Below are positions 37,985 through 53,736 of a stretch of 64,000 bases of DNA, one piece after another (position 1 is the first letter of the stretch; every line of letters starts with the position of its first letter). The translations under genes were made by a program, and so were the position numbers. Source of the DNA: Eledone cirrhosa (lineage: Eukaryota); NCBI GenBank assembly GCA_964016885.1, contig OZ024746.1, positions 22,692,001 through 22,756,000 on the forward strand, in the 5' to 3' direction. Under the pieces are notes generated by a model that made no database searches, was not told where the DNA came from, and worked only from the letters and a program-made list of their open reading frames with translations.

Positions 37985-38305
37985 GCACCGTCACTTTCTC
38001 CAGCCGCAACCCGGTGCAGTCTGCGACTAACACAGGTTCTGCTGCACGTCGGGCTGAGGAGCCAAACTCTTCAAATACCAGTCGCTCTCCGACAGGTTTG
38101 CGGTTGTACCCTTGGCAGTGGAGACGTCTGGTGTCCTCGGCTCCAGGGCTACCTCCTTACTCACCACCTTAGGCGCTGATCTGGCCAGCCGCAGGTGTGA
38201 GTCTCGTGAGCTGGAATGGCTTTTCCAGCGCGTCTCCCTTGCCGTCCTCCGGGGAAACGACTTCTCCGTTCTGTCCGCCGGGGCTGTGTGGAGGCCACCA
38301 ATATG
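37985..38305 (+). mobile_element. CRE-like retrotransposon 3' fragment (restriction-like endonuclease C-terminus)
   Basis: KYQSLSDRFAVVPLAVETSGVLG...RELEWLFQRVSLAVLRGN. Confidence 0.75.
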
Positions 38306-39513
38306 ATTGACTGACTTGTCATCTTATCAGTCATATGTTTTTAGACACCATGAGTCATCTGGAGGCCATTGGCAATTGCAATACAGAACACTTGGAGATT
38401 CAATATATAAAAGCTGGGAACTTCAATCTCTTCTAGCTGTTCTTAAACAACTCCATCGATCTTAAAACACTCATGCTATTGCTGTAGGTGATAGTCTGGC
38501 TGAGAAATAATAGTTTTTCTTTATTTAGACAAGAAAGGAGGGAAAAGTCAATGAATTCGCTTACTTGACACGAACTTTATTTTATCGATCCCTGAAGTTG
38601 ACTTTGGCCAGGTTTAAACTCAGAAACGCAAAGAGCCATAGCTATATATTGCAAAGCATATTGTTCGACAATTTAACGATTTTGCCAACACATCGACTTA
38701 AATAATAATTATTCCTACAATTGGCACAAGGCCAACAATTTGAAGGGAAGGGGAAAGTCGATTAAATCGCCCCCTGTGCGTTACTAGTATTATATTTTAT
38801 CGACCCCTAAGGAAGAAAGGCAAAGCTAACCGCGATGGTATTTGAACTCAGATGTAAAGAACTGTAGGAAACTATCGATTTATTATGAGTACAAAATCTC
38901 TAATGTGACAGGGTGGAAGGGGTATAATCTATTACATCGACCCAGCATTTAAATGATTCTTTATTTTATCATCCCCGAAAAAATGGAACTCAAAACTGAC
39001 CCAAGCGGGATTTGAACACAGAATTTAAAGAGCTGGTACAAATAGCACAAATCATTTGTTTAAGACTCTTATGATTCTGCCAATAAAGCTGAAAAATATA
39101 ATGTAGAAGCTTTAGATATATAAATATATAGGGACAGGCTATGGTGTGTGATTAAGGAGTTTACTTCGCAAACACCTGGTTTCGGATCCAGTCATACTGT
39201 GTGGAACCATGGACAAGTGTCTTCTATTGCCTCAGGTTGAGCAATGCCTTGTAAGTGGAATTTGTGAGTCAGAAACAACAACAATCCGCCGCACACACAC
39301 ACACACACACGCGCGCGTATATATGCGTATGTGTGTGTGTGTGGATTTGTTTATGTCCGGTAACTTATTGGTTAGACAAAAAAGAGATCGATAATAGAAG
39401 TATTGAAAAAAGTACTGGGCCCAATATTATCAAGTAAATCCTTTCAGGGCAGTGTTCCTGTACGACCGCAGTCAAATGACTGAAACACCTGTGTGTGTGT
39501 GTGTATACACATA

Positions 39514-39752
39514 CACCCTCCCACTGTAAAGTGGACGTGGAGGTGCCACGGAAGAAAAGCACCCAGACCCAGCACTCACTGTAAATGAGATTGGTGTTAG
39601 GAAGGGCACCCAGCTGTAGAAATCAAGCCAAAATCATTTGCCGTATGAGCAAGACAAGGTCAGCCGACCCGACACTGCCCACAACAGGACAACCCGTCTA
39701 ACCCATGCTAGCGTGGAAGAACGGACGTAAAACGGTGGTGATGATGATGATG
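39514..39752 (+). mobile_element. RTE family 2 3' UTR copy (5'-truncated)
   Basis: Closely similar to 12027-12305. Confidence 0.85.
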
Positions 39753-39913
39753 ACATATATAGTGAGAGAGAGAAAGAAAAAGAGACCACAAATCATGGGA
39801 GAACTCTATGTATGTATATGTATGTATGTTATTGTATGTATGACTGTGTATGTTTTGAGTTATATGTGTGTATGTGCATACGCTTTGTATCTGTACATGT
39901 TTACATGCAGTTA

Positions 39914-40108
39914 TTACATGCAAAAGTTTTGAAATGCATTACATAATTTTACTGTTCCATTAATGGATTGTACTTGTAATTTCCTAACTAGTCGTGTTCT
40001 TTCTGTTTCTGTGAAGCCCAGCTTCTCTAGATCTCTAGATTTGTACTGTGTACTGAGGCAGTTACTAACATATCCCAGTGCCCCAATAATCACAGGTATA
40101 AATCTGAA
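39914..40108 (-). mobile_element. R4/Dong-like retrotransposon 3' fragment
   Basis: FRFIPVIIGALG...KLQVQSINGTVKLC, an RLE-element C-terminal pattern. Confidence 0.65.
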
Positions 40109-40711
40109 GGTATGCATGTATATGTGTGTATGTGTGCATGTATGAATGTGTTCTCCTTTTCGGGTAGTGTTTTCGATGATCAGAGAGTGGGATTGGTCAA
40201 GTGAAAGGCTTTTCCCTACTTAAAAAAACCTTCAAAGCACCACAGGCATTGCTTGTTCAGGATCTGTTACGGGTTTGTGTGGTTGGCCGTAGCTTAAAAG
40301 TGCACCAAACTCTATAATCCGACATACAATTGCAATACTCTTCGCAGAGTTTGCAACCATCATGTGTATATGTATGTATATGTGTATGTATATGTATATA
40401 TATGCATAACATGACAGCTTACCTTCAGATGAAATGTTTTTTTTTCTTAGTTTCTAATGAGATACGAACAATCCACTATTGAAAATCTATGTAAGTGAGG
40501 AAACGAAGCAAAAAGAGGAGTAGAACGGAGAGGAAACATGTTAGGTTATGTTTTATGTTAGGGCTATAGCAAAATGTTGACTGATCTGATCACAGAACAA
40601 ATAATATAAACACGATACACGTGACTGGCTCGCCTTTAGTCATATCATACAGCAAATAGGCCAGGCTAAGGATAAAGCTAGGATGGTTTCTACATGTATA
40701 CGCTTGTAGTA

Positions 40712-40836
40712 ACACACACACACACACATATATACACACAGATACATACACATGCAAGTACATACACAGAGACACACATACATACACACACACATGTGTG
40801 TGTGTGTATGTGTATATATATATCTATATATCTATA

Positions 40837-40884
<48 letters not shown>

Positions 40885-40993
40885 ACACACACACACATAT
40901 ATACACACAGATACATACACATGCAAGTACATACACAGAGACACACATACATACACACATGTGTGTGTGTGTATGTGTATATATATATCTATA

Positions 40994-41039
<46 letters not shown>

Positions 41040-41301
41040 ACACACACACACACATATATACACACAGATACATACACATGCAAGTACATACACAGAGACA
41101 CACATACATACACACATGTGTGTGTGTATGTGTATATATCTATATATCTATATCTGTATATATATATATATATATCACACACACACACACATATATACAC
41201 ACAGATACATACACATGCAAGTACATATACAGAGACACACATATATACACACATGTGTGTGTGTATGTGTATATATATATCTATCTATATATCTATATCT
41301 G

Positions 41302-41334
<33 letters not shown>

Positions 41335-41365
41335 ATGTATGTGTATATATATATCTATATCTATG
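40712..41365 (+). repeat. Compound tandem repeat (~140-165 bp, 4 copies) containing (CA)n/(TA)n
   Basis: Recurrent cagatacatacacatgcaagtacatacacagagacac. Confidence 0.85.
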
Positions 41366-41600
41366 TCTGTGTGTGTAAATAATAATGTGTGTGTATATAT
41401 ATATGTGTGTGTATATGTATATGTATATATATATATGTGTGTGTATGTATATGTGTGTATATGTATATGTGTATGTGTGTCAGAACTTTTTTCTTTCAAT
41501 ACTTAATATAAATGCGCAAATAAGCGTACATAAAAAATAATGTACACGCACACACGCACATACTATTTCGATGTATAGAGAAATAGATACATACACACCA

Positions 41601-41601
41601 T

Positions 41602-41686
<85 letters not shown>

Positions 41687-41687
41687 G

Positions 41688-41749
<62 letters not shown>

Positions 41750-42720
41750 GGTGGTAGTAGTGGTGGTAGTAGTAGTGAAAGTAGTAGTAGTAGTAGTAGA
41801 AGTAGTAGTAGTAGTGGAAGTAGTGGTGGTAGTAGTAGTAGTAGTAATAGTGGTGGTGGTGGTAATAGTGGAAGTAGTAGTAGTAGTAGTAGTAATAGTA
41901 CTATAAATTATAATTTAGTATGACCGATTGTAAAGTGAAGGATGTGAAAGAGAAGTTAGACTAATGATCAATTATTATGTAAATGGTGGTGATGGTGATG
42001 GTGATGGAAGTGTTGGTGGTGATGTTATTGTTGTTGGTGGTGGTGTTGGTGGTATTGGTGGTGGTGATGGTAGTGTTGGTGGTGATGTTGTTGTTGGTGG
42101 TGGTGTTGGTGGTATTGGTGGTGGTGATGGTAGTGTTGGTGGTGGTGATGGTAGTGTTGGTGGTGGTGGTGGTGGTAGTGTTGGTGATGTTGATGGTGGT
42201 TGTGTTGTTGATGGTGATAGTGTTGTTGGTATTGGTGGTGATGTTGATGGTGGTTGTGTTGTTGGTATTGGTGGTGATGTTGATGGTGGTTGTGTTGTTG
42301 GTATTGGTGGTGATGTTGATGGTGGTTGTGTTGTTGGTATTGGTGGTGATGTTGATGGTGGTTGTGTTGTTGGTATTGGTGGTGATTTTGATGGTGGTTG
42401 TGTTGATGGTGTTGGTGGTGGTGATGGTAGTGTTGGTGGTGATGTTGATGGCGGTTGTGTTGTTGTTGTTGGTATTGGTGTTGATGGTGATGGTGTCGAT
42501 GTTGGTGGTGTAGGTGGTAATAGTGGTGGTGTTTGTGTTTGTAGTGTTGGTGGTGATGGTTGCATTGCTGATGGTTGTAAGAGTGATGGTATGGAGATGG
42601 TGGTGGTGATGCTAGTGATAAAGGTGGTTGTGAAGGTGATTGTGGTGGTGATGATGTTGATGGTGTTGTTGGTGATACTGCTGCTGCTGAAATCGATGGT
42701 TATGATGATTATGAAGTGCA
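41601..42720 (+). repeat. (GTA)n followed by GGT/GTT/GAT trinucleotide low-complexity sequence
   Basis: Direct inspection. Confidence 0.95.
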
Positions 42721-42759
42721 CCACTTTGTGATGATTTCAGAGCTAGGGTTACAGGAAGG

Positions 42760-43050
42760 AACGTGTCATAAAACCGAAGACCTGGCAAAAGCGTAGGCTC
42801 CGGCTAATATACCCCGGGGACAGGATCGGTTGCTCTTCGATAAGTTTGCGGTCGAGCCCGTAACAGTGGAGAGTTCTTGTGTCCTTGGCTCTAGGCCCAC
42901 CTTCCTGCTCACCACCATCGGCACAGAGTTGGCTACCTGCAGGTGTGAGCCTCGCGAGCTGAAATGGTTCTTCCAGCGCGTCTACCTCACCATCCTCGGG
43001 GAAATGCCTTTTTTATTCTGTCCGCCGGGGCCGCGGGGCGGCCAGTGAGT
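42760..43050 (+). mobile_element. CRE-like 3' fragment
   Basis: LFDKFAVEPVTVESSCVLGSR...PRELKWFFQRVYLTILG; homologous to 38090-38300. Confidence 0.7.
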
Positions 43051-43779
43051 GACCCCCCCCCCCATCTGCTCACAATAGGGAGAAATGAGGAGAGCGGGAG
43101 AGGCGGTGACAGTGGGAGTTTGGTTCCTTTGTGTTCGGACCTTGTGTATAAATGTGTATATAAGGGTGTTGGTATTAAACCCGAAACCTTACTAAATAGC
43201 AACATATACAAATATTTCAGAAAAATACATGACTTTATATAAAAAATAGCAACAAGACGTACCCTTGCTATCTCTCAGGTCCGGACTTTCACCTGCTGAG
43301 CCCCATGCTATATGAAATTTGAGTCTTCTCTAAAAAAATTCGGCAAACATTTTTTTTAAAAATAATTATACATGATTATTATTTATTATATTAATGATAA
43401 AGAATAAATAATGTGTGTGTGCGTGTATATACACACACATATATATATCTATATATATCTATATAACAACAGTTATAGGCGATGCGCTGTTCGAAGCTGT
43501 TACGAGGCCCGTTTCGGTTGGGTTGTATTCTAGTGTTACGGCTGTTATGTGTAAATTGAGTGTAAATTGATTTAAAAGAGTCGAAATTAGTGTTGCAGTA
43601 TATGTACAAACTTCGTACATATGCTGCAACACTTCGACTATTTTAAGTCTCTCTCTCTATGTATATATATGCTACCGGTGCCTTGAGGAAACAATACCAA
43701 GCATATAAAAATTCCAATACCAGATGTAAGCTTTATTCCTTCGTTATGTTTTCTGTTTTTTTTTTCTATTCAAATTCTA

Positions 43780-43838
43780 GCTGTCTGATGTGGTCATAGC
43801 TGTTGTATAATGTTTATCACCGAAATATATATAACAGC
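43780..43838 (+). ncRNA. Minimal type I hammerhead motif (A9>T), upstream of (TA)n
   Basis: gctgt-CTGATGT-ggt...acc-GAAA-TATATA-TA-acagc; palindromic stem III. Confidence 0.55.
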
Positions 43839-43907
43839 GACTATGATTAAACAAAGTTAATTTTATCCTGTTGACTTACACTTCTTGTTTATATATTTAT
43901 AATTGTT

Positions 43908-43975
<68 letters not shown>

Positions 43976-44679
43976 TGCTGTGATTTAGTGTTAAAGAATA
44001 AAAACTAATTATAAATAAAAAGTTTTTTTTTTAAATGAGACCCCCCCCCCCGAGGTGGTGTGGCCCTAAGCTATAGCTTATTCAGCTTTTAGGTAAGTTC
44101 AACACTATTCCCTAGCCTATGCACAAGATACATTTAAAATGTACATTTCCCCGACAAAATTTTACTTTATTAACGTGACAAATTTTAATGCAACAATAAC
44201 AAAATCAAAAATACTTTTATGAAACTAAAAGAGTTTTTCCTCACGCACGATATTCCCATAGCAATACCCCCCCCCCCCCCCAACCCCCAAAGTATTCTTA
44301 CTACCAGAAAATACATTATAAATGAAAAAAATATACATTTTCCACACAAAATTTAACTTTATAAACAAAATATTTTAAAATTCTGAAATGCAACATTAAC
44401 AGCATTAAAATTACTTTTATGGAACTAAAATATGTTATCATTTCACACGATATTTCCAAAGCAATAATTCAGGATACATGTATATTACCAGAACATAGAA
44501 CAACTATCATTCGAAATTATACTCAAATACGAGAAGATAGACATTTACACAGTGGGTGTGTTCTTATAACACATAAAAACACTTGCAGTGAATATACAGA
44601 TAGCAAAATGAGATTTGTAATCTATAAAGGCAATTACAACACACTGGAAATGCAGGTTTCAAAATAAAATTCAGCCAAG

Positions 44680-44745
<66 letters not shown>

Positions 44746-44804
44746 CACATATAGTTGAAGAAATAACACAAACACGGATGTAAAAACAGTCTTATTAGGA
44801 TCAC

Positions 44805-46200
<1,396 letters not shown>

Positions 46201-46639
46201 ACATGCATGCAAAAACCAATCTCACCAATCATCCTACAAGGTTATAAACCCCCCACCACTCTCATAAACACCATCATTAGAAGATACTTCAACGCACGCA
46301 ATACACACCAGTTTTCAAACAGTTCAGATCACAGAAGAGATAACATAATATCACCTCACCTAATTTCCTCCTTTGACATCCTAAACAATCTACACACTCG
46401 CGGGGACCCTATTTTTTTAATATATATTTATTTTATCATTAGCAATCGTGAGGTTAGGATTTCAATTTCCATACCGGGTGATGCGTTATGTCCTTGAGCA
46501 AGGCACTTTATTTCACCTTGCTCCTTCTGCCTGGTGTTGCGACCAATAGATAGTATTAGCAATTGGAAAGACCAATGGAAACGTTGTTTCCTCGGTTCGA
46601 TTTGACGAGCATTTTTCAAGCGAATGAGGTTTGGGATCT

Positions 46640-46641
<2 letters not shown>

Positions 46642-46692
<51 letters not shown>

Positions 46693-46722
46693 ATATATAT
46701 ATATATATATATATTTTATATA

Positions 46723-46754
<32 letters not shown>

Positions 46755-47075
46755 TTTATATATATATTTTATATATATATTTTATATATATATATATATA
46801 TATTTTATATATATATTTTATATATATATATATATATATTTTATATATATATTTTATATATATATATATTTTATATATATATTTTATATATATATTTTAT
46901 ATATATATTTTATATATATATATATATTTTATATATATATATATTTTATATATATATATATATATATATTTTATATATATATATATATTTTATATATATA
47001 TAAAATATATATATATATATATATATAAAGATCTACGTGGCCATTTGTTGTCAGTGTCAGACTGACTGAAATACA

Positions 47076-47144
<69 letters not shown>

Positions 47145-47185
47145 TATATAAAATATATATATATATATATATAAAATATATATAT

Positions 47186-47219
<34 letters not shown>

Positions 47220-47260
47220 ATATATATATTTTATATATATATATATATATATTTTATATA

Positions 47261-47350
<90 letters not shown>
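46642..47350. repeat. (TA)n with tttt/aaaa interruptions and an embedded inverted duplicate of flanking sequence
   Basis: Direct inspection. Confidence 0.9.
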
Positions 47351-47354
<4 letters not shown>

Positions 47355-49662
47355 GTGTATTTCAGTCAGTCTGACACTGACAACAAATGGCCACGTAGAT
47401 CTTTTTCCGACAAACCTCCGAAGTTCCTTCAACGGTGGATGAGAAATCCGAAATATAGGGACCAATAAATCTATTCCAAGGTAACTACTTCATCTTTGGT
47501 TTTCATTTTACATTTCTTTTTACATTTCTCTTCCTCTCCTTTCCGTCTTGTGACAATATAACCAGTTGACAAACCTATGTTAAGAACAATATATCTTCTC
47601 ACGAATAATTTCAACAAAGTGGAGGAAGTACATCTCGGCATTTGTTTACAATCAAAATATAACAATGTTTATTAAACATATTCCATTTGGCTTCCGTGAC
47701 AGTGAATTGACAGTCGTTAGAAAGTCAGACAAATCTGGCCCTGGATTTCGGCTTTCTGCGTTTTCGGAATAAAAATCCCACCGAGATCAACTTTGCTTTT
47801 CATCCTTTCGAGATCGCTAGATAAATTACTAGTTTAAACCTCGGATCATCTCCTTCTCACTTTCTTTCTCTCTCCTTCTTGGGAATAAATCGGCTGTGTT
47901 CAAACCTGTAGATGGGGTGGGCTCCGTTAGGTTTTAAGTGCACACAAGACTCCATCAGGTGTTACGGGATCATATACACTTCAGCTTATGTCGTTTCTAG
48001 TTTCGTCATTTTCGAAGTTACGGCGGTTTTTCTTAATATTATATGGCAAAAATAAACCTTGTGTTATGTTAATTGACTCAACTTTACGACGGTCTGCCAA
48101 AAAATACACGACCCCCCAATAAAATCGTATTTAAATAAATACTAAAATATACAGCATAAAGTAATGTAGTTAATGCCCATTAGTGGTTTATAGGGGGGTT
48201 AATTCGACATTCATTGGTTTTCGACTTAAGTTTTGACTTCTGGAACCAATTAACGACGTAGATTGAGGTATTCCTGTATTTATTTATAATACCGCTGTGT
48301 CACTGTATTTCAGTATTAAATTCCAACCATCACACCTATAATATTATATAAATTTCTTAACGCCAATAATAGTCTATGTTTTCATAAGATTGTATGTTAT
48401 TTTAAGCTTCAATAACCGAAAGATGTGGTCAGTAAGTATTGGTAAGTAATGCCAAACTAACCAGATGCTCTTCATTCTCACCAGCAGAAACTCCAGAGGG
48501 TATATTTACATTACAAGATTAAATATATGTTTATTAATCATAATGTATATGATTTCCATAGATGCATTTATTCATAACCACATGGGGTTGTGACATATGT
48601 TATTATATAAACATGATATCTGAAATGTAGCGTTTTTGTCATTGGATGTGTATATAGTAATCAAATTGTGAAAGTAGATGGCTTTGTGGTTAGGGAGTGT
48701 GATTTTCGTTGGTGCGTTGTGCCTTTGTGAAAGATATTTCATATTTCTCCAGTCTGTAATCGACATCGCAAGTAACTAATTAATACGAGAATACCTCAAA
48801 TATGGACAACTGGATGAGAACAATCTACCTCCATAGTTTGAACAAATTTTTGTATAATGATGATAATTTCTCCGAAGATGGCCAGAGGGTACAACAGCTG
48901 AAAATGTTAGACGTTGTTTTCTTTTCTTCAAACTTAGAAGACGCCAGCCCGACTAAATCAAAATATAATAATGAATTATTGTTAAATATTGTTATTTTCT
49001 TTGTTTCATTCAAACCCAGAAGTGTGTATAAATAACATGGGGTCGTTTTAGCCTCTTTTTTTTTAATAGTAATTCATTGAAATTTAAACTGCTCTAATAA
49101 CTTCAATATAAAATACCCATTGTTGTTCTGTTATTGGATTATAATACCTTAGTACCTGTTACTTTGATGTTAACTTCCCCGACTGGATCAGATAAGAGCT
49201 GAACTAACCAGATTAGACATGCAGTTAAAGGTAATCAAAACAGAGCAAACAAATAGCCTAGATTTGTTTCACAAAAGCTCACCACTCTGATAAGAGATTC
49301 ATTTATAACATTGTTTTAGTCCTTCCTCTACTTAGAACATTCTTCACTGTCGTGTAATTATATTTATATCTTTTTATCCGTCTTTTTGTTTAACTAATTA
49401 CATTTCAATATCTTAGAATTTTATCTTATATTTTGGGAAGTCGCGTTGCTTCGTAGCTAGGGAGTTTTCAGTTCTCGCCGGTGTGTTGTGTAATTGAGCA
49501 ACATACACGTTGCTCCACTTCACTCAACTGGCAAAAGTGACTTGTACTTTGTACCTATAATTCCAAAGGACAACCTTGTTACACAATGTGTCACACTGAA
49601 TCTCCCTGAGAAGTATGTTAGGATTGCACGTATCTGTGGAATGCTGAGCCACTCGCACGTTA

Positions 49663-49749
<87 letters not shown>

Positions 49750-50151
49750 TATACATAGCTGTCGCAACACCGTCGGTTCCAATGACATGTGTTCCAGTTG
49801 TCTGATCAAGGGAACAGCCTGCTCGGGAAATTAATGTGTAAGTGGCTGAGCATTCCACAAACACGTGTATCCTTAACGGAGATTCAGCTTGCTAGGGTGT
49901 GTGACAAAGCTGGCCTTTTAAATAACAAGTACAACTCAGTTTTGACCAAGTGAGTGGACTGGAAAAACACAAAAATAAGGCGTTTTGCTCGTAGGCACAA
50001 CACGCTGCCGGGAATCGAACTCACCGCCTCACAATCGAGAGCCAAACATCCTAACCACTAAATCAATTGAAACCTTTGTTGAGTTATACTCAAACGACTA
50101 AACAACAGTGATGGTGATGTGCATATAGAAAGTCGTAACAGATATATATTG

Positions 50152-50200
50152 ACACACACATACAAAGAATTACATGCAAGTTATACAAATATACACTCAC

Positions 50201-50232
<32 letters not shown>

Positions 50233-50340
50233 TGCAAAGAATTACATGCAAGATACACAAATATACACTCACAAATTATATATATATATATACACACACA
50301 TGCAAAGAATTACATGCAAGCTATAGAAATATACACTCAC

Positions 50341-50376
<36 letters not shown>

Positions 50377-50420
50377 TGCAAAGAATTACATGCAAGATAC
50401 ACAAATATACACTCACAGAT
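50152..50420 (+). repeat. ~70-bp tandem repeat, 4 copies
   Basis: caaagaattacatgcaag...aatatacactcacaaattatat. Confidence 0.85.
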
Positions 50421-50684
50421 GCAAACACACACAATAGACATATACAGATACACAAACATACGCTCTCGCAGATACACACATACACATACAAACACTCACA
50501 GATGAACACATACACATATACAAACTCATACATATACGCACCGAAGAAGGTAATAATTTTCCAAACAACGTTGATGCTGTGGTAGTATCGTTGATTATTT
50601 CAGTGGCCATTTTGAAAATTAACTTCGTTTGTTATATAAGGAAATTACACAACAAACACTAAAATAACAGCGATAGAAACATGA

Positions 50685-51070
50685 AAGACAACAATAACAG
50701 CCACAACAGCAACAATATCGACACTAACAACAATAACCACAGCACCAAGAACAATAACAGCAACAGCAACATCAACAGTAACAACAATAACCTCAACAGC
50801 AACAATAACGGCATCACCAACAACAGCAACAGTTACAACAGCAATAGTAACAGCATTAATAACAACAACAAAAACACAAACAATAACAGCAACAGCATTA
50901 ACAACAACAACCATAACAACAGCAACAACAATATCAACAACGTCAACAACGATAAAAAAACAACAATAATAACAGCAACAATAACAATCAACACCAACAG
51001 CTACACTTGCTTCTATAACAAGAACAACAACAACAATGACAACAATAAAGACTACAACAACATCATTAAC
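50685..51070 (+). repeat. Degenerate (AAC)n microsatellite
   Basis: Direct inspection. Confidence 0.9.
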
Positions 51071-51229
51071 AAGAATAAGCCAACTTTCTGTAATTAGATA
51101 GTACTAAATATCATGGTTAGATTGTGTAAATATTGAATATCGATTGTACATAACTATATAGAATACCTATAAATATTTATAGATAAAAAGACGCAATCAC
51201 TGAATCGATTTTAGCTTCGGGAGATTTCT

Positions 51230-51315
<86 letters not shown>

Positions 51316-51352
51316 CTCTCATATATATATAAATGTGTGTGTGTATGTATGA

Positions 51353-51386
<34 letters not shown>

Positions 51387-51900
51387 CACGTGAACAAAAC
51401 TGTTGTGGCTCCAACCAGTCTATGCATCACCGATAACTACTCTGAATAGACACGAACACACACACACACACACAGGAAGCGAAGTTCTTTGGTTGTTGTT
51501 GAAGAGGAGGATATACACGACAAATACCAATAATTTTGCTTAGATATATAACTTTACTTCACTTCAGCAAAAGGGAAAAAAAATATGATTACATCGAATC
51601 ATAAAAATATAAAGTTTGATGGTAGCACTCACAAATGAATACAGTATTGGAAAAGGCCTCTGTGTTGTGCTGAAGAATCTTTGTTTAATATACTATGTTC
51701 GATTAAAAAGTGACCAGCTGTAGTCAGTCAGTATCACCAGCAGAGGTAGTAGTAAGCTCGCAGTGGTAAGGAAGCTGTGTTGTCTATTTGAAGAGGCAGA
51801 CGATACTCTGTGATTGAAGTGCCGATGGAAGAATTGCAAAGGCTTTCAAAATCGTGATTGTGCCTGCATTATCCAATATGTCGTTTCATTTTTAAGACAT

Positions 51901-52169
51901 GAGGTTTCATGAGATGTAGGTTTAGCTGGCCTCCTTCAAGGTTATATCTCATAAGAGGCTTATTGAGAAGTAAGTTTAGCTGGCCTCCTACAAGGTTACA
52001 TCTCGTAAGAGGTTTGATGAGCTGCGGGTTTAGCTGGCTTCCTACGAGGTTACATCTCGTAAGAGGTTTGATGAGCTGTAGGTTTAGCTGGCCTCTTACA
52101 ACGTGACATCTCATAAGAGGTTTGATGAGATGTAGGTTTAGCTGGCTTCCTACAAGGTTGCATCTCATA
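51901..52169 (+). repeat. 54-bp minisatellite, 5 copies
   Basis: Unit starts 51901, 51955, 52009, 52063, 52117; gaggtttgatgagatgtaggtttagctggcctcctacaaggttacatctcgtaa. Confidence 0.93.
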
Positions 52170-52633
52170 GGATATTTCTTTGTTTTATTTTAATGGCACA
52201 GAGCTCTGCGTTATCATGAAAAACAACGTGAAACGAATGACCTTACGATTATGAGTCCAACATTCCTAACCACTAGGTCACGTTTCGTCACATATTTAAT
52301 ATTGATTCTGGTCGAAGATAAGCTCGAACGAAGATCTTATCAGCATGAGAGTCAAGATAAATAGTTCCTTTAGTTGACACAATCTGACTTGTTAACATTC
52401 TACAGGTGTACAGAGACATCATTTCATGTAAACATATCAAAGAATATATATATATATATGACACCTAATAAGATAGCTACTCCCGTACCTGCGCAGACAT
52501 ATATGTATATTTTCCAGAATTGCTTCAAAGTGTCTGTGTAATTTTTATATTAAAACGAAAATCTAAATATTTTTTATTATGATATATATATATATATATA
52601 TACAATATATGTATGATATATATATATATATAT

Positions 52634-52884
52634 ACAATACAACAAGAACATAATAGTACGACTGATGATGTTGCAGATGTGCAACGAAAGATCTTTGTTA
52701 GACTATATATATGTGTTTATATCTATATTATATCTGTATTTTTTACCGTTGGTCAGTCAATGATAAGCATGGAGGACCAAATGAATTAACTGTGAAGATA
52801 TAAAAGAAAACCAACCAAACAGTGAGTGTGTTCTGTTATTATTTCTGGCAATATTATTACAACAATATGACCCTCCCCAAGTAT

Positions 52885-52889
<5 letters not shown>
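52634..52889 (+). mobile_element. Family C hammerhead-containing element, copy 1, ending in (TA)n
   Basis: CTGATGA-t-gttgca gatg tgcaac-GAAAGATCTT at 52662-52695; homologous to 60941-61245(-). Confidence 0.7.
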
Positions 52890-52976
<87 letters not shown>

Positions 52977-53450
52977 TTTTGGCATAGACTTGATCTGTTA
53001 AATTACTGCATTGAGATGTCTAAGTATTAGAGACAAATAACTTTTAAATTAATATTAACACTCCTTCATCGTAGAGTAGATTTAGATGGATTTTGCTGCT
53101 ATTTCTAGTCTCGTTATAAACCTGTCGCATTGTCCTAGCATATAGAGAAATATGTGTTCATTTAGTAGTTCAAAAACGCAACTTTTTGGACGCCATGCCG
53201 TTTCGGCAACGAAATGGTCTGTATACTTATGATCAATATCTCCTCTTGTTCAAAAGAACTCTCCGATGATGACAGAACAAGTTCTTCCAATATAGGTTGT
53301 TCAATGATTTGAAATAATCAATATTGTTTCTTTATTCTAGAAACTATGTTAGGGAGAAGATTATGAGTTAGACTAACTTATTTTAGTCGGTCTAACTTAT
53401 GCTCCTAAATTGAACTTTTGGCGTAAATCATATATATATTATATATTATA

Positions 53451-53643
53451 AAGGGCAGTGGATTGGCAGTATCGGTAGAGGGTCGGACGCCATGCTTTAC
53501 AGCAAAGAGTTGCGGCCCTTTATAGTCTGAGTTCAAATCCCGCCGAGGTTAACTTTGCCTTTCATCCTTACAAGGTCGATAAAATAAAGTACCAGTAATG
53601 TACTGAGTAATTGCTGGCCTTGTGCCAAAAGTAGAAACAATTA
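53451..53643 (+). mobile_element. tRNA-derived SINE (Meta/MESC-like)
   Basis: Near-identical to 58197-58389. Confidence 0.88.
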
Positions 53644-53704
53644 TATATATCAGGTCAGGTCTGTTTCATATTCGGGTGGTCGGCGATTAAATTGACTCCC
53701 CCAC

Positions 53705-53736
<32 letters not shown>

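Noticed and set aside
41571-42731. Poly-Val, Gly/Val-rich and Pro/Thr-rich (mucin-like) ORFs
   Set aside because: Trinucleotide low-complexity DNA open in several frames on both strands; no signal peptide or domain context
48865-48915. Decayed hammerhead-like motif (ccgaagatggc...gctgaaa)
   Set aside because: Several core mismatches and no second copy in the window
50645-51097. Asn-rich and Val-rich ORFs
   Set aside because: Degenerate (AAC)n microsatellite
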